A stretch of DNA of 64,000 nt, taken from assembly GCA_043228905.1 (NCBI GenBank), contig JBHGNT010000009.1, forward strand, positions 17,422,001-17,486,000, given 5' to 3'. The position numbers were made by a program, and so were the translations under genes. The stretch comes from Azolla caroliniana. Taxonomy: Eukaryota > Plantae > Polypodiophyta. The notes beneath the pieces are model-generated. The model was not told where the DNA came from. It worked only from the letters and a program-made list of their open reading frames with translations, and ran no database searches. Positions 50,500-63,719 of the stretch are shown piece by piece (position 1 is the first letter of the stretch; each line of letters begins with the position of its first letter).

Positions 50500-53400
50500 A
50501 AGGAAGTGCATCCGCCATTAGCTATGGAATTGTGGTTGGCAAATGGGGCCTCTTTACCGGATGCATCAAAATATTTGAAATGGTTATGGAGCATGCAGTT
50601 TCCCAAGAAGATGGTACTTTTCCGTTGGTTGTTGATGCCTTATGCATTACCTGGGGGGGACTTGGTTACGACAAGCAGATTTTAATTCATGTGGTTTTGG
50701 TTGTGGGTGTATGATGGAATCAATTAAGCATGTGGTGTGGTATTGTCCTAAAAAGCAAGTGTGGAATGGTGGGAGAAATTGAACTTTCAGCAGAACCCAC
50801 TGTGCTACATGAAGAAGGCGGAATAGATCTTGACATCACCTTGTCCCCAGAGGCCAATCAGCTCTTAGCGGAGGAAATCAAACGCCTACGTCGTACTTCC
50901 TTTGTATGCAGGTTCCTTGCAGGTAGACCAAGTCGTGGCATGGTTCAGGACATGCTCCAAGTGGCTGTGCTGGAAAACGTGCCTTTGATCAAGAGCGTCC
51001 GGGGTTTGGGGAAAAATTTCTTCCACATTGAATTGGGCGATGGCACGCTGGCGTAACCATTGGTAGAGCTCAAGGTTCTTGAATTGAAGTACGGTAAGGT
51101 GCTGCTCCAGCCGTGGTCACCAGGGTTCAATCTAATCGAGGAGTTGCGGAAACTTAACAATCCTAGGACAATCACCGCAAAATTTCTTGGCCTCCCTCCC
51201 CACTTGTGCCATTTGCTTCCTTTTTTTGGTGAACAAATAGGGATGATTTGCCCTAAAAAAATGTCCATGGCAGATACAGTAGCGGAGTTGCCCAAGCTAC
51301 GCATCTTAGTGCCTTCCCTCCGTGGACTTCCAACAAGAATTAGGCTCTACTCTGAGGAGCTAGGTCTCCCAATGGTGAATGTGGTATATGAGGGACTCCC
51401 TGGGCAGTGTTTCATCTGCAAACAGAAAGGGCACCTAGCTAAGGAATGTCCTTGTAAGATTGGAAAGGGAAACTCGAGACCTCGAACCTCAGGGAAGGCC
51501 GAACCACCCAAGGGCAACGATTAAGAAGTAGGGGAAACTTTGAAGCCTAGGTGCAACCTCTCCCCCCCTCTTTCAAGATTGTCCCGTAGAAAGAAGTTCT
51601 CCTACCTTGTCACTAGCAAGTGTGGACGAACAACCCTTGAAACAGGTGAAGATCCTCTTGGGGAGTGCGGGGACGCACAACCTACAAGTGAGAGCGTCCA
51701 ACAGATTTACATTGCTCCAAGGGCTAGGGGATGGCGACCCAGAAGCGTTGGCAGCAACGTTGTCCCCATGCGAATCCTTGTCCCCCAAGCTCGTGTTCTC
51801 CACCCCGATGGAGATGCAACCACAATAGGTACCGTCCACCCCGGAGGAGATGTTGACAAAGGCCCCCCTCATGATGGAACGTGAATGTGGTGGTGACCTC
51901 AGATTAGTGAAGTCGTGGATCCAGACGGGCACGATCAAGGGCAAAATAGGCAGATTATCACATGGTTTGGTGACGTCTCTCTAGGCTAGAGGGGTGCAGG
52001 ATATGCAACCGCTTAGGAGCCAAACTGTATTGTGGGAACTATTTGAAGCGGGCTGGGAACGACAGGCTGGGAATCCCTTAGGCGCTCTCCAATCTACTGT
52101 GGAGTCCCTACCCCCTGAAGTAGATGATAGTTTGCCCCCTAACATGGGGGTCGGCCCCGACATGGGCGTCAACCTCACCGCCTTCAGAAGAGGATCCTAA
52201 CGTGGAATGTGAAGGGCCTTGGTGGAGGCCGGCAACAACATGAGTGCAAAAGACTTTAGGAGGAGTTGAATCCCCTTAATATCGGGGGCATCATTGACAT
52301 ATTGCTTTTGCAGGAACACCACCTCTCTCAAGAGAGAACTCAGAGCCTAGTAAACCAATTGTCGGGTGGATGGACCACGTGGTGGTCGGCTGCACAAGGT
52401 GACCTCCACCGAAGAGGAGGGGTCTGCATCTCGATTAGCGATCAGGCTCGTTATGAAGTAACATCACATGGCACGCTGGTGGAGGGTAGAGTCTTATATG
52501 TGCTTTTGAAATGGAATCACCTTCAGATTGGGGTGCTAAACATTTATGCCCCTAACTCTTCCCCCGAGAGAGCAATCTTTTGGAGGATGTTAGCGACAAC
52601 ATTGCCTGATGCAGAGGCATGGGTAATGGCCGGAGATTTCAACATGATTGAGCGTTTGGGAGATAGGAAAGGGGGGACCCAAAGATTGCTTCATGGTGCG
52701 GAGTTGGACTCATGGGCTTTCTTAGTTGGAAAACTTGGGGTGAAGGATACATGGGGCTCTTCCCTTAGGAGATGCTCACATTCGCTACACTTCTCCCAAG
52801 TTGCCGTGAATGCTAGGGGTGGTAGTCTTGCACGGCTAGACCACATATACATCAGCTCGTCCCTCGAAGAGCTGGGGGGCTCCTTCGCTATCTTGGCAGT
52901 TTTTACCTTCTCGGATCACCAACCAATGAGACTAGACCTTAACCCACCCTGTGGTAGCAAGGGGAGTCTCAATGTGAAAATCCCCACAAAGATCATGAAG
53001 AGTGCAAAGGTGAAAGCAGGGTTGCAGAGCATATGGTGGGAGACCATTGTAAGTGAATCGGCCAATGAGGATTTGCAAAGAAACTGGCCCTTTCCTCCTT
53101 TTTATAATAGGAAACCAAGCTAGCCCTCCAGCAGGCTAAAGCCATTGAAACAAAATTACAGAAGTCCGTTGCGGCCGCGCAACGGTTGTTACAAGCAGAC
53201 CCTAGCTGCAATTGGTCTAGAGCTAAGCTGGAGGAAGCAAAGTTGAAGCTGCGGGAAAGGACGTTGGAGAAGAACTGAATGCTATTTCGAAGGACCGCAA
53301 CATGGTGGGCTAGAAAAGACGACAAGGTCAACCGTCATTTCTTTCACTCCAGGGCACCCAAGGGTGGTGGTGGACATATACAAGGGCTACGCAAACCAGA

Positions 53401-56400
53401 CGGCTCAATAACGGAGGACAATGATGAGATTCCGCATATGGCAACACAATACCATCGCGACCTGCTCGCACCTATGCATATGCGGCAAAACACAGAGCTG
53501 GCTGAGAGTGTGTTGGCTTGCATTCACCCCAAGGTAACCCATGAGATGGAAGTTGTGCTTGATAGCCCCATTTCTCGATTAGAACTCTCGGAGGCACTTA
53601 GGGATTTGCCGTGAGGAGCATGCCCTGGCCTCGATGGTCTCTCATGAGATTTTTTTGAGATTCATTGGGAAACTGTTATCCCTTCATTGGAAGCCGGGAT
53701 TCAGGAGATTTGGACCTCAGGAGCGATGCCAACTGGCCTGGATGAGGGGATGATCTATCTCATCCTTAAAGCGGCAAGGTGAAGCCTCGAGCTGCGCTAA
53801 TGGCGTCCAATCACGATCCTTAATACGATATACAAGATACTCGCAAAAGTCCTAGCTAGGCGAATAGCAAGCTTCCTACTGGACATCATACATGAGAATC
53901 AAACAAGGTTTATCAGGGGTAGGTGTATCTTTGATAATGTGCTGCTTCTCTGGGAAGTTATGGCATTGGCAGATCGTGTCGTATCGAGCTCGGCTATTTT
54001 GATGTTAGACTTTGAGAAGGCCTACGATAGGGTGTTATGGCCCTTTTTGGAAAGAGTGATGAGAGCTATGGGCCTTCCCCAGCAATGGACGAATTGCACT
54101 TCTGCATTCTATTGGACTGCTACTAGTAGCGTGTTGGTATCTGGTGCTAGGGGCCTCGCCTTCCAACTACATCGTTCAGTGATGCAAGGTTGTCCCCTAG
54201 CCCCATATCTCTATCTATTTGTAACCGAGGTGTTCTCTGCCTACTTACAAGCACCAAGTAGCAGACTGAGGGGATTGCCCATCCCCAATGTGACCGAGGA
54301 TCTTTTGTTATTTGAATATGCCGACGATACGGTCCTTTTCTTGCAGGGCGACGATGCAAATTTGCAGCGAGTTGAACATCTTGTTGAGGACTTTTGTCAG
54401 GCAGTTGGTGCCAACGTCAATTGGGATAAAACCCAAGGCCTCTGGTTCAACGAACAAGAGAAGCCAAGGTGGCATCCCCATGCTGATTTTGCATGGGTCC
54501 CTGATGGGACGACATTCAAGTACCTCGGATTTACGATGGGGAGGGCAATCCCCAAGGGAGCGCAATTGTCCCATGTGCAAGCCAAACTAAGCAAGAAGTT
54601 GAACCAATGGAGCAGGTCTAAACTATCCTTCACTGGTAGGGTTCTTATTGCGAACCAAGTGATGCTCGCCACCATGTGGCACTCAGTCTCCTGCTAGATT
54701 ATGGACCCTTTAGGTTTGCATGCGATTAAGGCTGCCATCAGAGGGTTTATATGGTCAGGTAAGGACAACCCGATGGATGCCGCCAAAGTGTCATGACATT
54801 GGTTAACACAACCGCGGGCCAAAGGGGGGCTTGGCCTCATAGAACCCTTAATGCAGAGCTGAGCATTGCTAGCCAAAATGGTGGTTCGATGCCTTCTACT
54901 AGGTAAGGGGTGCTGGAAGGTTCTACTTCGCAATAGGTTGCAGGCAGGGACTCCCAAGTACGGTAGGCCTTGGCTTGACTCCTTGAATTGGTGTTGCATG
55001 AGCAGAGTCCCACCCAAGATGGCTTGTCTTCCGGAGGAGAGGGTCATGAACTCCATCTTGCGGCATGGTGTCACATATGACATCATTTGGTCAAGCACAT
55101 GCCGGAGACACTAATCGAGTGGTCTAGACAACCATTATTTTGGAACCCTCAGGTGCAAACAAGTGACGACATGATGTTAGGGCAGCTTAAGGGCCTAGCA
55201 TGGGGAAAGCTGGCGCAAACATGGCTCTACTCTATAGATGATTGGCGACGCACGGTGGCTTTAGGAGGAGCCTAGGAGGTCCTATTCCCTCCCCTCAAGG
55301 GAGCCATGAAAATGCAGAGATTGATAGCTGAGGCAGTTGATAGGGTTCCAATGGGGGAGGTGAGAGAAGATGCTTAGTTCAGTTTCTTTAATGAGGCTGG
55401 AAGGGTTAAGTTGTTGAAGGGCGTGAGTAGATCGAGAAGAGATACAATTTTTGGGGAGAGTCAGAGTAGGGGCTCTTGGCACCCTATCTGCGTGGTGGCG
55501 CAGGTTGGTAACACTTGGAAGACAGACCCGGATGTTGCTAAGGTGTAACCCCATTGGAAGTTATGGGTATATGGTTGTCGGCCCCTCGTCGAACTAGAAT
55601 GGGATCCAGGGGATTTTAGGTGGAAATATGATGGCAGATTTCGCCATTTCTTCAAGTACAACACTAAATTGGGCCAAACTTTTCAACTGCAGCTAGACGG
55701 CCCCTTACGCAATGGCTGGCGTACATTGGGCATCCCTGATGAGGTGCTCATTACCTTTTGGAAGGGTCTCTGGCGTCTCCCCATGCCGGAAAAGATAAAG
55801 TTTTTTTGGTGGCAAATCGGTCATAATGTGGTTCTCGTTGGCGAATGGCTAGGTAAACGTGGCAGCCCTTTAGGCTGCCCACTTTGCCATTCACCTATTG
55901 AGACTCTGAGACATTGTCTGTAGGATTTCTCTCAAGCTCAAAAGGTATGGGATAGAGTGACTCGCCTCCTTGCGGCATGTGAAGTGGAAGGAACAACATC
56001 GTGGAGTGCTGCGGCATGGCTTGATCACTCCGTTGATAGGTGGACGGATGCCCTCAATGCGGATAGTTGGTGCTACGTATGCATGAGAGGCAAAATCGCC
56101 AAGATTCGATGTGAGAGAGGCTTGCAGTCCGCATCCCCTAGGTTCCCAGACATTTGGATGCTGATCGCAGGCTTCACCATGTGATATGTATGGAAAGCGC
56201 GTTGCCTAAAGGTCTTTCAGGATCTGGTGCAGCCCTTGGAGGAAGTGATCATGGACATATGGTTTGCGCTTATCAGTTGCCTACGAGGGCAATTGGATGA
56301 GGTTTGCAACCATTCCAATGATGTGGTTACTGCCCGTTTGCGCTTTTGGCAGAAATTGCGGAATACGCCTATGGTGACACAAGGAGAAAGTGGCCCGAGG

Positions 56401-57160
56401 TGGAACTACCAGCCCCCACGCTGGCTATTTCTGACTCACTTACCACCTCCCTTCGTTGTCGACCCCATGAGTTGTCTCGTACTAGCCATCACTGAAGGGC
56501 ACCGTTTTTAGCTATAGGTACTTACATTAAGTAGTCAGTCTGAAAGGCGATGTAACTAGTCTCATTTTCTTGAACCTGAGCAGAGGGAGATTCCCCGATC
56601 TATGTATAAGCCTCCTTGTACAATCTCGTTGTAATAATCCTTCCTAACTAATGGGAAAGTAGCTTCATTTTGGAAAAAAAAAGAAGCAAATGTGGAAGAG
56701 AGTTTTACGTCTCTTGTTATTGGCACATGCTAATTGTGTGATCATTTGGGGTGCTATCAAGTGGGGCATTCAAGAAGGACAATTGTGGAAGTCTTTCATA
56801 TAGTTTTTGTACAAATGGTTCACCCTTTTTTGATTGACAAGTTGCGAATTCGGGATGATATTATTTGGAAGACAATTTCATCTACCTTGATTTGGGAGAT
56901 TTGAAAGGTGCGACGTGCATTAGTTTTTGACAATGTCACTCAGGATGTTTCTGCAATAATTGCTCAGTTCTGGTTGTTGTTCATTCATACATTACGTGGT
57001 TAATATGAAAGTTTTAGAGGGAATTCTGACATTATTTTTAGGAAGCAAACACATTTTAAAAGGTTATGGGATTCAATGTTCATTTTTAGGGAAGATGGAT
57101 GTAAAATAAAATGGATGTATACGGTTCCCATCATTTTGGGAAACGGTGTGTGCTAACTTC
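50500..57160 (+). mobile_element. Older L1-type LINE 3' fragment (zf-RVT region), split by a younger LINE
   Basis: KWLWSMQFPKKMVLFRWLL...ALP at about 50570-50650; the sequence continues after 56697. Confidence 0.6.
50767..56683 (+). mobile_element. Near full-length L1-clade LINE, degenerate
   Basis: ORF1 with a CFICKQKGHLAKEC knuckle. ORF2 has an AP endonuclease (WNVKGL, LQEHH, GDFN, SDH), RT (LDFEKAYD, QGCPLAP, YADD) and zf-RVT. Poly(A) at 56674-56682; 14-bp TSD AAGCAA(G/A)TGTGGAA at 50753-50766 and 56684-56697. Confidence 0.92.
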
Positions 57161-57379
57161 GTTGTTGGCTTTTGTTGATTTTGAGTTATTGCAATTTGCA
57201 GGCCGCTCTCATGGGATTCAGATGTTATGTCCATTTCTCCAACCTTTGCACATGTTCCTTGTGATCTTGTAATACCAAGACATGTCTTTCAAGAAAAAAA
57301 GCTTCTGTACCCTAGAACCATGTACATATAGGTTGCATTCTTGGTAAAACAAAACAAACACATTTTCCAAGATCAAACA

Positions 57380-57900
57380 CCAACACAAAACAACTCCTTC
57401 AACCAATTCATAGTAACCTATGTAGACCTATGCAAACCACATCATTCACATGTTCTAAATACTTCTTGACTTTCATGGATGATCATACAAAATTCACCAT
57501 GGTTTTATTCTGCAAACAAAAATCAGAGACACTAGGATACTTCAAAGCATATATCTAACCCTTGTAGAAAACTAACTAGACATGAGCATTAAAATACTCC
57601 ACACCAACAATTGGTGGAGAATTTATGTCCAACAAGTTCAAAGAGTACTTGCAAGAAAATGACATAATAAATTAGCATATGGTGACTAATAACTCTTAAT
57701 AAAACCGAAATGTAGAAATGCAAATCTCACCCTTATCGACAATGCAAGTTCAATGCTTAATAAAATAGTGAATATTCCAGACCAATTCTAGGAAGAAGCG
57801 ATCGCTATGGCATGTTACCTCTAAAACTGATTACCAACAACTTAACAAAAGAAAGTTGACGAACATGCAATCAAGGAAATAATCATGGGATACGATTATA
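57380..57900 (+). mobile_element. Highly decayed Copia integrase fragment
   Basis: YFLTFMDDHTKF, GGEFMSNKFKEYL and ARSML-like remnants. Confidence 0.65.
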
Positions 57901-58789
57901 AATTCATTGTTTAAGGATATTGGTTCTATAATCGGGATTCTTGCAAATTTCCCTTTCAATGGATGTAGATCATCGATGAGATTGCTATCCTACGACAAGC
58001 TAACCTCAGAACACCACTCAATATCACTACGGAAAGGGTGTATGAATCATGTGGTGATCAGAACACCAACAATGAAGAAACTGAAGAACAAGAAACTACA
58101 TTCCTTGATGTACTAAAATATCAAGCTAAACTAGAAATTTCAAACTCAAAAACTAAAGCAAAAATGCGACTCATCGAAGAAAAAATGAATTAAAATCCCC
58201 ACATGCAACTCCAAGGACGGGTTGGAACTTTAAAAGAAATGAATAAATCAGGACATGCTCCATTTCATGCTAGAAACAATTCGTTTCTATATGATCTTAC
58301 CCATGACGCGATGTCATCTTTTGAAGCGACATGATGAGTGTTGAAGAATAGTGTAGGTCGTGTGCCGTTGCTCCCTCTCGACCCTCCTTTGCATGTGCAT
58401 GTGAAACTATTGAGACTCCCAAACAATCATTAGGTTGTCCACATCCATGACTTCTTTCAACACATCCACGTAAGAAAAAAATCTTTGTCATCTCAAAACT
58501 ATGATTAGGGGTCCAATAACACTGTTGCCCCAAACGCCTCAAAGGAAAACTTAATAAGGATACATACTTCAGGACTTTTGCTATGAATATGGCCCCAAAT
58601 TCACTCATAAAAGCTTCCTCACCACACTAAACAAATGAGGATGAAGCATTACAGTTTCCCACCAAATGTTGAAACCATCAACATAAAAGATGCCTTACAC
58701 GGTGTCGCAAAAGCTAGTGAGTGCAGATTGTGAGGCAAGCTTGAATCAACACCCACCTCACAAGATGAACGAACATATGACAGGAAGGC

Positions 58790-59430
58790 TTACACACATG
58801 CCACGAAAATTCAAATGCCTTTGTGAAAAGGAGAGGTGCATGTGCAAGCCGAAAATGCTCCCCAAGTCACAAGACAAACAAACACATGAGAGGAAGGTTT
58901 ACACACAAGATATAAAACTTTGAATGCCTTTCTGTATGGGCAAACACGAAACGCTCCCCAAGTCACAAACAAACGAATAGAAGAGAAGAAGGCTCACACG
59001 TAAGACACGAATGTTCGAACGCATTTGTGAAAAGGTGAGGTGCATGGGCAAGTTGAATATGCTTCGGGACCCCAAGTCACAAGACAAACAAACACACAAG
59101 AGGAAGGTTTACACACAAGATATGAACATTCAAACGCCTTTGTGAAAAGGGGAGGAGCATAGGCAAGCCCGAATCGCTCCCCAAGTCACAAGATAAACAA
59201 ACACACGAGAGGAAGGAAGGCTTACACACAAGATACAAAAGTTTGAACGCCTTTGTGTAAAGGAGAGGTGCATGGGCAAGCCCAAAACGCTCCCCAAGTC
59301 ACAAGACAAACAAACACACAAGAGGAAGGCTTACACACAAGATATGAACGTTCGAGCGCCTTTGTGAAAAGGGGAGGAGCATGGGCAAGCCCGAATTGCT
59401 CCCCAAGTTACAAGACAAACAAACACATGC
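58790..59430. repeat. Tandem array of about 6 units of about 110 bp
   Basis: CTCCCCAAGTCACAAGACAAACAAACAC recurs at about 58858, 58954, 59070, 59177, 59290 and 59399. Confidence 0.85.
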
Positions 59431-60480
59431 AAGGAAATCTTCCCGGGGGCTCCACTATATATAAAGAGGTTGTATCACGTGCGTTCACGACATCTTTTAT
59501 AAACCCCTTATACGTATATTTTTTACTATTTTAGATACCCTTTTGTAAAAAAACAGCTAATAAAAATATCCCTTAGTGCCAATATATATTTTGACAACAA
59601 CTCATTTTAAATGCCCTTAAATAGAACACATGTATGTTTTATACATTTGTGTATGTATGTATTATATTGTATAGCATATGTTATATACTTGATGTATGGG
59701 TTGTGTGTATGTATGTATTGTATTGTATTCCATGTTTATTTATATATGTATTATATTGTATGTGTTGTATATCTTAGTTGTGTGGCATGTGTGTATGTAT
59801 CTATTGTTATGTGTATGTGTGTGTAATGGCTTGTGTCTATTTGTACCTAAATCATAAATATCCTTTTACTAATAAAGACTCAAGAGCTCATTATTTGGTT
59901 TGATAGCTATTCTCTATTTAAACTCTATAAAATTTCATCAACAATCATGATGAATACTCCATCACTACAAGAAGTTCCTTCAAATGCTCAATAATTTCTC
60001 ATATCACAACATTATTTAACAAGGAAGAGATTAATATATGACTGATTCAATATGTGAAGCTTATCAAGCAATATATGTGGTACATGGGTCAAGCCATATT
60101 TGACATTCATATCAATCACACTATTGGCAATACAACATCTCTTTCTAGTACACCTTTTCCTTAGATTATATAGTTCGCAACAAACAAACATATGCAAAAC
60201 CAACTTGCTATAATAAGGAAACACCTAAGGTTCAAATAATGTTTCAAACAAACAATAATTCATTAAACGAGAGGAAAGCAATGGAAATGGTTCTATATTA
60301 CAACACATACAATTATTTATTTATCAATCTCCTCCCTTTACAATAAGTAGAAATAAGGACCTTGTATTCTTGTAATGATGTAGCACCAAGAAAGATGAAC
60401 ACAATTTCATGTGATGATAAAAATCCACAAACACAATCACTGAAGAGTAAAGTGGGTGTGATTCAATGAATAGACACCCA

Positions 60481-60563
60481 CTTGCCTCACAATGTAACAT
60501 CTACTCCAATCGAGCTTGGTAGGGTCCTTCCCAAATAAAGCACCTGCCACCATGAGCTCCCCA
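60481..60563 (-). pseudogene. S-adenosylmethionine synthetase gene fragment
   Basis: Translates as WGAHGG..(frameshift)..GKDPTKLDWSRCYIVRQ, matching the conserved SAMS motif [27 protein letters not shown]. Confidence 0.8.
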
Positions 60564-61026
60564 TGAGGCTTCTCAAGACCAAAATAGTTCTTCTTGCCTA
60601 TGAAATGATAATAACAAATACACAAATTAACATGGGAAAAAAAACATGAGAGGGAATGTTGCCAATGCATGTGCACATGCACACATATGAACATTGTTAA
60701 AATTTGATATGGTACTAAACCAAGAACCCTCAGAAAGTGGTCTGGATCTTAATGGCAACAAATTCTCCCCTTCTTGCAGCTCATCCTACACATACTTGCT
60801 TGCCAGAGGAGGGCCACTTCGAAGAGGTCAATCAAGCTCATGGCACCTTCTCTCACTCTCTCTCTCTTTGCTTTCTGTTTCCTCTCTATCTCTCTGGCAA
60901 CAGGAGTGGCAGCGGCACCACCACCCCACCTGAATCGATGCTACTGCTCCATTAGATACAAAGCCACCACCTCCTCCACCGCCAATGATTACCTGGAAGA
61001 CAACCGATGCGGGAGAAACATACGCT

Positions 61027-61079
<53 letters not shown>

Positions 61080-61355
61080 TGTAACCAAGGGCTGATGATT
61101 GGAGGAAGAATTAGCAGATCCATCCTCAAAAGTAGGGTGTTGCTTGGCACTCCAAGAGTCGTTGTTGCTTCTGCAAATGAAGGTGAAGACGACCATAGAT
61201 ATAACTAAACCTTGTCTCTCTCTGTCTCGTTCCTTTGAGTCGTTGTCACTTCTGCAGATGAAGGTGAAGACGACCATAGATACAGCTAAACCTTGTCTCT
61301 CTCTGTCTCGTTCCTTCTGTGAGAAAAAAGGAAAAGAAGTAACTACAAAGAAGAA

Positions 61356-61402
<47 letters not shown>

Positions 61403-61519
61403 AGGTAGATTCTCACAAACAACTCATTTCAAAAATAGCTGAGAAATACACAATTTGAAGTGGGCACTTCTCAATGCAATCACAAATAATTAAAGAGTGG
61501 TCTAAACAGATAAAAAAAG

Positions 61520-62203
61520 ACCTTCAGCAACACCCGTTGTCTTCCCTTTCTTCCTTTGAATCTTCTTTTGGTAGCACTCCAACTCTTTGCCCTCAAGAAT
61601 ATAGTCATCGGCTCTGCCACATTATCCGGGCTGAGAAGAAATGCAAACAAGCAAACAACCACTCGCAAATTGATCCTCAAGATGTGGATCTAGTTTTTGA
61701 TCCTTAACACTCTCAGAAATTTTGGGGGCTACATGGTTGCTTTGCTTCCCCTTTTCTCCCTCACCAGGTGTCTCTCCTTCCTTAGATTCCTTCTTGTTGG
61801 CTCCTCTAGCCTCCTTAGGAGCCTTCTTCTTCTTCCTGATTTCAACACCATAGTGCTGACTATACCAATGTCTGAAGGGGGGAGCATCAAGCTGGACAAT
61901 TGCAAACTTGGCGAGTGTCTGCGTCTGCACAAGCTCATTGTTCAAAGCATTGTAGACGACATCAAGGATGTGTGCCTTCCGTGTCACAGCCTCTGATCCC
62001 CACGAGTAGTTCCTTGTGTCGAGCCTAAGGGCACTAAACTTTAGGTTTCCACCTCTCACACGGACCTTCCGCACTGTCTTGTTGCTGGATAGCTTCGTCA
62101 TTGCAACCTGACGCCCAAGCTCATACTTCCTCTTCTTGCGCCATGACTTCTTCTTTCCTCTTGTGGCGCGCCTTTTATGGGTAGAATCGCGGGAGATACT
62201 CAT
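61520..62203 (-). pseudogene. RPS8: 40S ribosomal protein S8 processed pseudogene
   Basis: [30 protein letters not shown]..., intronless. A premature TAA at 61622-61624 is followed in frame by [27 protein letters not shown]. Many substitutions at conserved sites. Confidence 0.93.
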
Positions 62204-62263
62204 GGCTATAGGCTATGGCGTTGCAGTAGAAGCAGAAGAAGAAGCCCTCTCTCTCTCTCTCTC

Positions 62264-63088
62264 AGGATATCATCTCACCAACTTGAGATTGAGAATGGTC
62301 GAGCTAATAGAGTCCCTAGAGAGGAAAGGCTATGTAGGTTATGCCACATAGAGATAGAGGATGAGTATCACTTCACATGCAAGTGCCCAACTTATGCCGA
62401 GATACGGGCGGAATACCAAGACATACTAGGACCCTCTCCCACCCTCTCCAAACTATTAGATACCCCGAGTGTAAAGAGACTAGGTAGGTATATCTTAGAG
62501 CTAAAACAACATAGGGAGGATAAACTACAAAGTGTTAATCATAACCCTTTTACTACTCATCAACATGTACCTAGTGTAATTTTTCAGGAACATGGGGAGA
62601 CGATGAATGTGGATACACTTATGCCGCTCGGCCTCTCCCTTGAGGAAGCAGAAATACAAAGAGCAACCAAACGTCCTCGGATGTTGGGCTTCAACACAAG
62701 TCAACGTGGAGTAGAAAAGATTAAGAAGATAAGGGAACGTGAGCTACGTCGACTCGAAGCTATGGTTGGGGTACCTCTTACATGGGGACCACGGGCCACA
62801 TCCACATCATGGCAACCCTTTGACCCCCCGCTTCTCTTCGAGAGACTTGGATGGAAATGAAATTAGGCCTAGTATAGAATCATTCTCATTGTAGAACATG
62901 TTTTTTATATAGAACATGTTTGTTGTTTTCTTAGAACTATTTAGCTTAAACTCTATTTTATCTTATTTTTATTTTTACTTTCGATGAATGGGTAAATATC
63001 CCATTTTTGTTGTACACCTTTTGTCTCATGGGCCAATTTTGGCCTTAGAAGACGTTAATATATCTTTCTTTCTTTCTTTCTTTCTTTC
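62264..63088 (+). mobile_element. 5'-truncated non-LTR retrotransposon (RTEX/L2-like C-terminal zinc finger) with a (TCTT)n tail
   Basis: RISSHQLEIENGR...RLCRLC...EDEYHFTCKCPTY..IR; the ORF ends at 62860 and the tail lies at 63063-63088. Confidence 0.7.
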
Positions 63089-63091
63089 TCA

Positions 63092-63450
63092 AAATTCAAA
63101 CTCTTGCTCTAATTTGATCCCAATGAAGAGTAAGCTCAGCATGTTAGCTAATATATGAACAACGCCTGCATGGAACCAAAGGCAAGTAATAAGGCGCTAG
63201 CCTTGATGATTATGAACAACCTTGTTTGTATCAAGGGCACCCAATTGGCACGAGATGAAGGACCAAAGAGAGGATTCTCGTTGAGAGGTTGGAATGAGAA
63301 ACGATGAAGAAACTTGGTGACGCACTTGCCATCTACGGTGTTCTTGGGTCAATTGTTGATATACATGGTGAGCAGAAATATAATCACATTCACAATGATA
63401 ATGAGAGGAATGAGAAGGGATATCCTCCTCTCCTTCGTCCCTTCCGATTC
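63092..63450 (-). pseudogene. Rhomboid-like protease (RBL) gene fragment
   Basis: LIPLIIIVNVIIFLLTMYINN*P...[73 protein letters not shown], with stops and a frameshift. Confidence 0.85.
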
Positions 63451-63456
63451 AAAGAG

Positions 63457-63495
<39 letters not shown>

Positions 63496-63582
63496 GAGAG
63501 ATTGGCAGAGAGCAGGGGTGGGCTATGTGGTGCCTTAGAGCTCACTCTGCACCTAGAACAGAGTATCGTCCATGGTTGGTAG

Positions 63583-63630
<48 letters not shown>

Positions 63631-63719
63631 GTATGTATTGTATGTCCATGCACATATGTGTTATATGTTCCCAAAGAAGAATATACTCCATTAGTTAAAA
63701 TGGCATACAATACACAACT

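Noticed and set aside
59956-60383. CACTA element (CACTACAAGAA ... TTCTTGTAATG)
   Set aside because: No 3-bp TSD, and the inverted match extends beyond CACTA. It may be a decayed MITE, but support is too weak to call.
61622-62203. Functional RPS8 gene
   Set aside because: Premature stop before the conserved C-terminus, no introns, and many substitutions at conserved residues.
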